Positions 36,329 to 43,006 of a DNA stretch of 50,294 nucleotides are shown one piece after another. The stretch's first letter is position 1; every line of letters begins with the position of its first letter. The DNA comes from Sedimentisphaerales bacterium (lineage in GTDB: Bacteria; Planctomycetota; Phycisphaerae; Sedimentisphaerales; SM23-30), in assembly GCA_016930855.1 (NCBI GenBank), contig JAFGFX010000323.1, forward strand, positions 1 through 50,294, in the 5' to 3' direction. The position numbers and the translations under genes were made by a program. Below the pieces are notes generated by a model, which searched no databases, was not told the origin of the DNA, and was given only the letters and a program-made list of their open reading frames with translations.

Positions 36329-36344
36329 GCAAAACGCGTACCAA
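36329..36344 (-). promoter_or_regulatory. sigma54 (-24/-12) promoter for the flgB operon
   Basis: Minus strand reads TTGGTACGCGTTTTGCG, against the consensus TTGGCACG-N4-TTGCW. There is one mismatch and exact GG-N10-GC spacing. Lies about 140 nt upstream of the flgB ATG and just downstream of a sigma54 activator gene. Confidence 0.65.
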
Positions 36345-36571
36345 TCGGCGTCCTGTGTCCCCGCCCGCGTGATTTCGCCGGTCCGCCGAGCCGGCACCTC
36401 CGGCGTGCTTTAGGGACGACCGGTCATCCTTCGATCTAAAACCATATTTCCAAAGATCTTATAAATGCCGGCCGCCTCCGGCTTCTCCGGGATCGCCCCA
36501 AGGTATTTCGCGGCGGCCCAAAATAATTCCCCGACGGTCCCTCGGCCCCGGGCCGCATTCACCTTGCCCGC

Positions 36572-36605
36572 CGGCAAAAATTGCGCGGCGAACGGCAAAA
36601 ATTGC
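36572..36605. promoter_or_regulatory. tandem CGGCAAAAATTGC repeat (candidate enhancer/UAS)
   Basis: Identical 13-mers at 36572..36584 and 36593..36605, spaced 21 bp start to start. Each has GCAA/TTGC inverted arms. Located 230-275 bp upstream of the sigma54 promoter. Confidence 0.35.
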
Positions 36606-36687
36606 CCTTGCCGCCCGATGCCTGGTCGATCCTCCGCATGCCCATGTCCCTTTTATCCAGGCGTGGTTCGGCCGGGGGTCCGGGCCC

Positions 36688-38154
36688 CTACGACGCCGAG
36701 GTCTTCTCCAGATTCCAGCGTTTGATCTTCATTCCCAGTGTCCGCAGGCCGATGCCCAGGGCCTGGGCGGTCTTTTGGCGGTGACCGTCGTATTTCGCCA
36801 GCGTCTCCTGGATGTATCTTCGCTCGACCTGCTCCAGCGACAGCGCGGCGGGACTCCATGGATCATCGCCCGAAGCGAATCCGTCGGCCCGCCAACTCGA
36901 CAGATCCGCTCGCCCCACCGGCGGATCGTCCGGGTCTCCAGGGATGCCGCCACCGGATTGGGCCGGTGCGGCCGGGCCGATCTGGCCCAGATGCAGCACG
37001 CTGCGGATGGATTCGCCGGTGATGACCTCGGCGGTGCCCAGGATGGAGATCCGCTCCATGAGGTTTTCCAGCTCGCGGACGTTGCCCGACCAGGGATACT
37101 CCTGGAGCACCTCCAGGGCCGACCGGCTGAGAATCCGCATCTCGCTGCCGTTGCGGTCGGCGCAGCGGTGCAGAAAGTACTCGCACAGGGGTTCGAGATC
37201 CTCGATCCGCTCCCGCAGCCGCGGCAGGAAGACGGGCACGACGTTCAGGCGGTAGAACAGATCCTCCCGGAATTTTCCCTCCCGGACCATCTCCTGGAGG
37301 TTGCGGTTGGTGGTGGCGATGACCCGCACGTCGACCTGCCGGGTCAGGCAACTGCCGACCCGTTCGAATTCCCGCTCCTGCAGGACGCGGAGCAGCTTGG
37401 CCTGCAGGGCCAGGTCCATCTCGCTGATCTCATCGAGCAGGAGCGTCCCGCCGTCGGCCAGCTCGAAGCGGCCCTTGCGGAGGCGGTCGGCCCCGGTGAA
37501 GGCCCCCTTCTCGTGGCCGAACAGCTCGCTTTCCAGCAGGCTGCTGGACAGGGCCGCGCAGTTGACGCACAGCAGCGGCTGGTGGGCCCGGGGGCTCTGG
37601 GCGTGAATGGCGCGGGCGATCATCTCCTTGCCGGTCCCCGATTCGCCCAGGATCAACACGGTGGCGCTGCTGGGGGCGATGCGGGCGACCCGGTCGAGCA
37701 CCTGCTGCATGGCGGGACTGTTGCCGATCAGCCGGCGGCCGCGCTGCCAATCACGGGCGTTGGCGCGATAGGCCTCGTTTTCCCGCAGGAGCCGGCGGTG
37801 CTCCAGGGTGCGCTGGACGAGCAGCGTGATCTCTTCGGCGTCGAAGGGCTTTTGGATGTAATCGAAGGCCCCCTTCTTGATGGCCTCCACCGCCGTGGCG
37901 ATCGTGGCGTAGGCGGTCATCATGACGATGGGGATCTCCGAGCCGATGTTCTGCAACTCTGTCAGAAAGGCCAGCCCGTCCATCTTGGGCATCTTCAGAT
38001 CGCTGATGATCATGTCCAGGCTGTGGCGCTTGACCAGCTCGAGGCCCTGGGCCGCCCCGTCGGCCAGGTGCACCGTGTGGCCGGCGCGGGACAGGGTCGC
38101 CTCCAGCGAATCCCGCATCATTTCCATGTCGTCCACAACCAGGATCTTTGCCAT
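36688..38154 (-). CDS. sigma54-dependent response regulator (REC, AAA+, Fis-HTH; FleR/FlrC/FlgR-like)
   Basis: Track ORF trimmed to the Met at 38154 (MAKILVVDDMEMMRD). Phospho-acceptor context MIISDLKMPKMDG. Walker A GESGTGKE. GAFTGA loop (HEKGAFTGA). C-terminal HTH QKTAQALGIGLRTLGMKIKRW, preceded by a Pro/Gly/Asp-rich linker. Confidence 0.9.
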   Translation of the reverse strand: MAKILVVDDMEMMRDSLEATLSRAGHTVHLADGAAQGLELVKRHSLDMIISDLKMPKMDGLAFLTELQNIGSEIPIVMMTAYATIATAVEAIKKGAFDYIQKPFDAEEITLLVQRTLEHRRLLRENEAYRANARDWQRGRRLIGNSPAMQQVLDRVARIAPSSATVLILGESGTGKEMIARAIHAQSPRAHQPLLCVNCAALSSSLLESELFGHEKGAFTGADRLRKGRFELADGGTLLLDEISEMDLALQAKLLRVLQEREFERVGSCLTRQVDVRVIATTNRNLQEMVREGKFREDLFYRLNVVPVFLPRLRERIEDLEPLCEYFLHRCADRNGSEMRILSRSALEVLQEYPWSGNVRELENLMERISILGTAEVITGESIRSVLHLGQIGPAAPAQSGGGIPGDPDDPPVGRADLSSWRADGFASGDDPWSPAALSLEQVERRYIQETLAKYDGHRQKTAQALGIGLRTLGMKIKRWNLEKTSAS

Positions 38155-38183
38155 CGATCTGCTCCCGTCGTTCATCCGGCCGG

Positions 38184-39152
38184 TCAGGGCAATAGGATCG
38201 TAAAGCTGGCGCCGCCCATGTCGTTGTTCGCCGCGGTGATGATCCCTCCGTGGCACTCGATCAGCCGGTGGACAATCGCCAGTCCCAGGCCGGTGCCGGT
38301 GTCCTTGGTGGTATAAAAGGGATTGAAGATCTTCTCCCGGATCGATTCCGGGATGCCGCCGCCGCTGTCGGCGATCTCGATTCTCGCCCGATAGGGCCGC
38401 TGTTCGGACCAGGACAGCGCCTTCAGGACCACCCGGCCGCTCGGGCCCAGGGCGTCGAAGGCGTTGTGCAGCAGGTTCAAGAAGACGCGGGTCAGCATCG
38501 TCTCGTCCGCCTGCACGTTCAGGTCCGGCGCGACGCCGTCCAGATCGACGCTCACCTGGGCCTCGGCGTAGCGGGGCCGCAGGTAATCCAGGACCTTGCG
38601 GACCAGCTCCGAGACGTTCAGCTCGCTCTTGGAGCAGGTCTGGTCCTGGGTGAAGGCCAGGATATCGCTGACGATCGCGTCGAGGGTACGCACCCCGTGG
38701 CTGATCTTTCGGGCCCAGTTGGCCGGTTCCGCCTGGCCGGCCAGGTCCCGCTCCAGCAGGGAGGCATACAGCTGGATGCCGCCGAGCGGATTGCGGATCT
38801 CATGGGCCATGCCGGCCGCCATTTCCCCCAGGGCGGCCAGGCGGTTCTTGCGCTCAAGCTGTTCGTTTTTCTGCCGCAGCTGCTCGCGCAGGCGGGCGAC
38901 CTCGGCCTGCAACTGCTGATAGGAGCCCAGCATGCGGTCGGTGGTCTCGTTGTAGGCGGCGAACATGGAGGCCAACTGCTCCAGGGACAGATCGCCGACC
39001 TGGGCCGGGTCCAGGCAGGCCGCCGCCGGGCCGTCGGGCCCGTCGTGATCCAGGGTGGCACTCCCGGCCGGCGGCTCAATCGCCGCGAGGATCTGCCGGT
39101 CATGGGATTCGGTGTTGGTTTCCATTTGCCTCGCTATCCTCTCTCGGGACAT
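38184..39152 (-). CDS. cytoplasmic histidine kinase without a recognisable sensor domain
   Basis: 322 aa with no TM segment. Coiled coil, then H-box MAHEIRNPL, N-box LLHNAFDAL, G1 ADSGGGIP and G2 GTGLGLAIV. Confidence 0.85.
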   Translation of the reverse strand: MSRERIARQMETNTESHDRQILAAIEPPAGSATLDHDGPDGPAAACLDPAQVGDLSLEQLASMFAAYNETTDRMLGSYQQLQAEVARLREQLRQKNEQLERKNRLAALGEMAAGMAHEIRNPLGGIQLYASLLERDLAGQAEPANWARKISHGVRTLDAIVSDILAFTQDQTCSKSELNVSELVRKVLDYLRPRYAEAQVSVDLDGVAPDLNVQADETMLTRVFLNLLHNAFDALGPSGRVVLKALSWSEQRPYRARIEIADSGGGIPESIREKIFNPFYTTKDTGTGLGLAIVHRLIECHGGIITAANNDMGGASFTILLP

Positions 39153-39172
39153 GTTCCCCTACCGTCCGCACG

Positions 39173-39207
39173 TCGGCAGCGCTTCCGGCGGCCGGAAGCG
39201 CTGCCGA
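39173..39207. repeat. 35-nt perfect palindrome (17-bp arms, 1-nt centre)
   Basis: TCGGCAGCGCTTCCGGC-G-GCCGGAAGCGCTGCCGA, checked base by base. Lies in the 65-nt gap between the FlgN-like stop and the kinase ATG, and ends 21 nt before that ATG. Confidence 0.85.
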
Positions 39208-39217
39208 TGGAACCGCG

Positions 39218-39685
39218 TCATTGGCTCAGGGTATCCAGAAACCGGCTGGGCTTGGAGGCGACCTGTTGGCCGTAGGCCTGGTGCATCCGTTTGCCGGCCG
39301 CCGCCGAGCGGATCTCGGCGCCCACCTTCTGCTGATGACTGGAAAGGGCTTGCGTGTCCTTTTCATCCCGGGCGATGATGTCGCCGAGGATCTCCTGGAC
39401 CTCCGCGACCAGCTGCTGGGCCTGCTGGCGCTGGCTGGCGGGCAGACCGCCGGCGATGTGCTGCCACTGATCGCGGATGGGCTTAAGGCCGCGATCGATG
39501 GCGCTGAGCCGATCGATGATCCGCTGGCGGCTGGCCAGCACCCGCAGCAGCATTTCCGGATTGCTGCCGTCGACCAAGGCGCTTTGCTTCTGGGCCAGCT
39601 CCCGCAGCTGGCGATACAGCAACCGCTGCTGGGTGAGCAATTGAATCAGGCTGGATCCCACGTCTTTGGCTTGGGTACTGGTCAT
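39218..39685 (-). CDS. FlgN-like putative flagellar export chaperone
   Basis: 155 aa, all-helical, Gln/Leu-rich. LIQLLTQQRLLYRQLRELAQKQSALV...LLRVLASRQRIIDRL resembles the FlgN family pattern. Read by eye only. Confidence 0.4.
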   Translation of the reverse strand: MTSTQAKDVGSSLIQLLTQQRLLYRQLRELAQKQSALVDGSNPEMLLRVLASRQRIIDRLSAIDRGLKPIRDQWQHIAGGLPASQRQQAQQLVAEVQEILGDIIARDEKDTQALSSHQQKVGAEIRSAAAGKRMHQAYGQQVASKPSRFLDTLSQ

Positions 39686-39701
39686 GTTATCCTTCCCAAA
39701 A

Positions 39702-42140
39702 TCACCATAGGTTTGATCGTCCGGTCCAGTCGAACCAATCTTGCCACTGCTGCCGGGTCAGTCGGGTCGGTCCGCCGGCGAAGACGGCGTCCGGCATCTC
39801 CCGCAGCTGCCAGATGGCCCGCTGCGTGGTGGATCGCGCCTCGGCGGGATTGTTCAATCGCAGGTGACAGTTGACGATCTGAACAAAGGCCGCCAGGGCG
39901 GTCGGCGTAAGCTGGTAGCGCAGCGCCGCCAGCTCGTACAGCTGGGCCGCCTTGCGATATTGACCGAGGTCATAGAGGCAATCCGCCCGATACAGCCAGC
40001 AATGGCGCAGATACATCTCGTCCAGCTTGCTGCGGCGGCCCTCCGGGATGCGGGTATAGGCCTCGATGGCGCGGTTGAAATACTCCCGGGCCTGCTCCAG
40101 GTAGCGGCGGCGCTGTTCCGAGGTCTTCTGCAGATTGACGGTGGCGGTGGGATCCTCGGCCAGCGTCGCCAGGACGGCGTCCAGCGACTGGCCGCTGCGG
40201 CGGTAGGCATCGGCCACCAGAAACATCGACTTGCCGACCTGGGAATCGTCGCCGTAGCGGTCGATCGCCTCGGTGAGCACGTGAATGGCGGCCGGATACT
40301 CCTTGTTCTTGTAATACAGTTCGCCCAGCTCGAACAGGGCGTCGCGAAAATAGGGCGACAGCGGGGTCAGCGTGGGATCCTGCCGGATGCTGCGCAGCAG
40401 TTGCTCGGCCTTGTCCCTTTCGGGCGGTTCCTGCGCCAGATAGCACTTGGCCAGCGAGACCATGCTGTCAAAGGCGGCGATGGACTTGGGGTGCTTGGCC
40501 AGCAGGGTTTCGTAGAAGCGGATGGCGGCGGGAAAGTCGCCCAGCGACTGATAGGCCTGGGCCAGGTAAAACAGGGCGCGGGGCCAGCGGGTCTCCCCTT
40601 CGCGCTCGTTGATGAACCGCAGCCAGACCTCGATGGCGCGATCGGTCTTGCCGGCCTTGTCGAAATCATGGGCCGCCTCCCAGAGACACTCCCCGTAGAG
40701 CCGGTCGTCGCCGGTGGCCATCTCGGCCACCCGGAGGTATTGTTCGGCGGCCCGGCCGAAATGGCCGGAGACGGCGTCCTGCTGCTGGCGGAGCCACAGG
40801 GCCTCGGCGGCCGTCGCCTCGACGCCCTGCCGGGCGGCGGCCCGGGCCGGTTCCAGCGTCTCGAGAATCTGGTTGGCCCGACGGCCCAGTATCTGGGCAT
40901 ACCGGTAGGTGGCCAGCAGGTCGTCGCGGACGATCTGCTGCTCGATCTCCAGAAAGAGCAGGGCCGAGGCATATTGCTTGAGCAGGTCCAGCTTATGGGC
41001 CAGAAGGGTCAGGCTCTGGCGGACCTGCTCCATGGTAACGGCCCGGTTGTGCGGATTGTTTTGCAGGGATTGAACGGTCTGGCGGTACAGCTCGGCCGCC
41101 TCCGGATAGCGCTGGCGCACGGCGGCGCATTCGGCCAGCCCCAGCAGGCCGGCGGCATACCAATCCTTGCCCATCTGCGTATCGATCACCCGGCGGTAGA
41201 ACTGCTGGGCATCGAAGTCGCGAAACTGCTCGTAGTTGATCCGGCCCAGCTCCAGGGCGGCCTGGGCATAGATGTCCCCCCGGTCACCGGTGCGCTGCAG
41301 GAGGGCCCGCAGGATCTGGTCGGCCTGATCCATCTCGCCCGCGCGGCTTAGGGCCCGGCCCCGCAAAAACTCCACCTCCCCAGCATAGGGTGACTGCAGG
41401 ACGGCGTCATCGGCGGATTTGATCCACTGATAGGCGTCGTTTTGCCGGTCCTGGGCGATCAGCACCTCCGCCTTGCGCACAAAGGCCCAGGCCCTGATCT
41501 CGGAATCGGCCGGGGACTGGGCCAGGACGGTTTCCAGGTGCTTCATGCTGGCATCCAGGTAGCCGTCGGGCCGGGCGGCCAGAACCATCTGGACTACCAT
41601 GCGCTGCAACGCGCCGTCAAACTCGCTACGGCGCTCCAGGGCCTTGTACGCCGCCGCCAGGGCCTTGTCGGCATCGTTCAGGCACCAGTAGGCCAGCGCC
41701 AGGTCGCCGAAGATCCCGGCGCTTTCGGGATCGTCCGGCGCCGGCTGGTTCCGCTGGAGGGCCTGGGTGTAGTCATAGATGATGGCCCGGTAATTATTTT
41801 CGGCGCTGCGCTTGCTGCCGTCGACCTCGAATTCGTGGCGCTGTTGGAGCTGCTTGACCCGGGTGCGGGCGGCCAGGAGATAGAGTTGGCCGAGCTGGGC
41901 GGCCGTCTGGCATTCCTGCCGCAGGGTTTCGGCCCGGCCATAGAATTCCGTATAGCGATTCTGCCGGGCCAGCGTTTCCAGTCCGGCGAACTGTTCTTCA
42001 TAGGAAAGCGGAGTCGGTTGGGGACGCAGTTGCAGCAGTACCAATCCGAACGCGGCCATGGAAAGGACAAACAGCGGCGCCTGCCACTTCCGGGACAAAA
42101 CCTGGCGAAGGGTCATCCTTGCTTGCGGCGAATCATCCAT
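39702..42140 (-). CDS. large single-pass TPR-repeat protein
   Basis: 812 aa. A basic N-terminus is followed by one TM helix (APLFVLSMAAFGLVLLQL). The rest is repeated Ala/Tyr/Leu-patterned helical pairs typical of TPR (for example AAELYRQTVQ..., GDFPAAIRFYETLLAKHP, YPAAIHVLTEAIDRY). Confidence 0.75.
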   Translation of the reverse strand: MDDSPQARMTLRQVLSRKWQAPLFVLSMAAFGLVLLQLRPQPTPLSYEEQFAGLETLARQNRYTEFYGRAETLRQECQTAAQLGQLYLLAARTRVKQLQQRHEFEVDGSKRSAENNYRAIIYDYTQALQRNQPAPDDPESAGIFGDLALAYWCLNDADKALAAAYKALERRSEFDGALQRMVVQMVLAARPDGYLDASMKHLETVLAQSPADSEIRAWAFVRKAEVLIAQDRQNDAYQWIKSADDAVLQSPYAGEVEFLRGRALSRAGEMDQADQILRALLQRTGDRGDIYAQAALELGRINYEQFRDFDAQQFYRRVIDTQMGKDWYAAGLLGLAECAAVRQRYPEAAELYRQTVQSLQNNPHNRAVTMEQVRQSLTLLAHKLDLLKQYASALLFLEIEQQIVRDDLLATYRYAQILGRRANQILETLEPARAAARQGVEATAAEALWLRQQQDAVSGHFGRAAEQYLRVAEMATGDDRLYGECLWEAAHDFDKAGKTDRAIEVWLRFINEREGETRWPRALFYLAQAYQSLGDFPAAIRFYETLLAKHPKSIAAFDSMVSLAKCYLAQEPPERDKAEQLLRSIRQDPTLTPLSPYFRDALFELGELYYKNKEYPAAIHVLTEAIDRYGDDSQVGKSMFLVADAYRRSGQSLDAVLATLAEDPTATVNLQKTSEQRRRYLEQAREYFNRAIEAYTRIPEGRRSKLDEMYLRHCWLYRADCLYDLGQYRKAAQLYELAALRYQLTPTALAAFVQIVNCHLRLNNPAEARSTTQRAIWQLREMPDAVFAGGPTRLTRQQWQDWFDWTGRSNLW

Positions 42141-42218
42141 GATATCGCTGGTTTCCTGCCTAACGACGACTGTGGGTCAATCACTGCAAAAGCTGCAACC
42201 GGCCGGATCCGACTCCGC

Positions 42219-42776
42219 TTACTCCAAATTCGGCCGCCTTTGCCTGTCGGTTTCTTTTAAGAGATGGCGTATTTCCCGCAGAGTGCGGGAACGTTTCAGC
42301 CTGACGATCCGTTCCAGAACGGCAAACACGGACGCGTCGTAGATTCGATGGCCGCCCCTCGACCATTCCTTCTCGCTGATCAGCCCCATGATCGTGTAGT
42401 TGTGCACCGTCTGGCGGGACAAGCCGCTGTGACGGGCCACATCCCCGATGCGGTATTCCCGGGGAGGCAGCGACCCGGTCATCGACTCGGACGAATCGGG
42501 CATCGACTCCAGCGTCCGAGGCATCGCCTCGAGCGACTGGGGCATCGACATGGACGAACGATCCGGCGATTCGGGCGAACCAGGCCTTGATTCAGACGAA
42601 CGAGCCATCGACTCGGAAAAGTCATGCATCGATTCCGACGAACGAGCCAGTGATTCAGGCAAGCTAGACCTTGATTCAGACGAACGAGGCCTTGGTTCAA
42701 ACGAACCAGGCATCGATTCGGATGCACGAGGCCCAGGTTCAGACGAATGGGGCATCGATTCGGCGGCATCTTCCAT
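42219..42776 (-). CDS. MerR-family HTH protein with N-terminal 14 x 7-aa repeat region
   Basis: 185 aa. The C-terminal 80 aa carry YRIGDVARHSGLSRQTVHNYTIMGLI...GGHRIYD...LREIRHLL, a MerR-type HTH plus wing. Residues 5-102 are heptads with consensus S-E-S-M-P-x-S. Confidence 0.75.
   Translation of the reverse strand: MEDAAESMPHSSEPGPRASESMPGSFEPRPRSSESRSSLPESLARSSESMHDFSESMARSSESRPGSPESPDRSSMSMPQSLEAMPRTLESMPDSSESMTGSLPPREYRIGDVARHSGLSRQTVHNYTIMGLISEKEWSRGGHRIYDASVFAVLERIVRLKRSRTLREIRHLLKETDRQRRPNLE
42471..42764 (-). repeat. 21-bp imperfect tandem repeat x14 (coding)
   Basis: Units such as GGCATCGACTCGGACGAACGA recur every 21 nt. They are in frame with the MerR-like CDS, and other frames are also open across the repeat. 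Confidence 0.85.
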
Positions 42777-42791
42777 TTGGAGTGCAACTCC

Positions 42792-42818
42792 CTAAGATCG
42801 GGCACTATAGACCGATAA
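42792..42818 (+). promoter_or_regulatory. weak sigma28-like motif upstream of the REC-GAF-GGDEF gene
   Basis: CTAA-N15-ACCGATAA. The -10 matches 7 of 8 positions, but the -35 is poor (CTAA, or TAAG with a spacer 1 nt short). About 190 nt upstream of the TTG start. Confidence 0.25.
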
Positions 42819-43006
42819 CCTATTTTATATATCATAAAATATATACTTCAGATTTATCCTGTCAACCGCCAACTTCAATTTTTTCCGATTTTTTTCCCCA
42901 AATCGCCGGATGCGATTTGTCGATACAGCCCGATAGTGATGGATTCGCTGGATTACTGCCTTAACAATCAATATGTAGTGTCTTTGTTATCTCAGGGATC
43001 AATATA

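Noticed and set aside
36410-36598. 62-aa minus-strand ORF and other short ORFs inside the response-regulator/flgB intergenic region.
   Set aside because: They have no RBS and no recognisable sequence. They overlap the tandem repeat and AT-rich tract, which are better explained as promoter-upstream regulatory DNA.
42184-42203. Sigma54-like CCGGTTGCAGCTTTTGCAG on the minus strand between the MerR-like gene and the TPR gene.
   Set aside because: GG and GC are separated by 11 nt instead of the near-invariant 10 nt, and the -24 half is poor (CGGTTG).
42448-42835. Alternative reading frames and strands across the 21-bp repeat (42448..42795 (+) 'GIDSDE...' and 42479..42835 (-) 'LVRLNQG...'), and the possibility of a CRISPR-like array.
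   Set aside because: The units are contiguous with no spacers, so this is not a CRISPR array. Only the 42219..42776 minus-strand frame continues into a recognisable domain (MerR HTH). The other frames are open simply because the repeat unit lacks stop codons.
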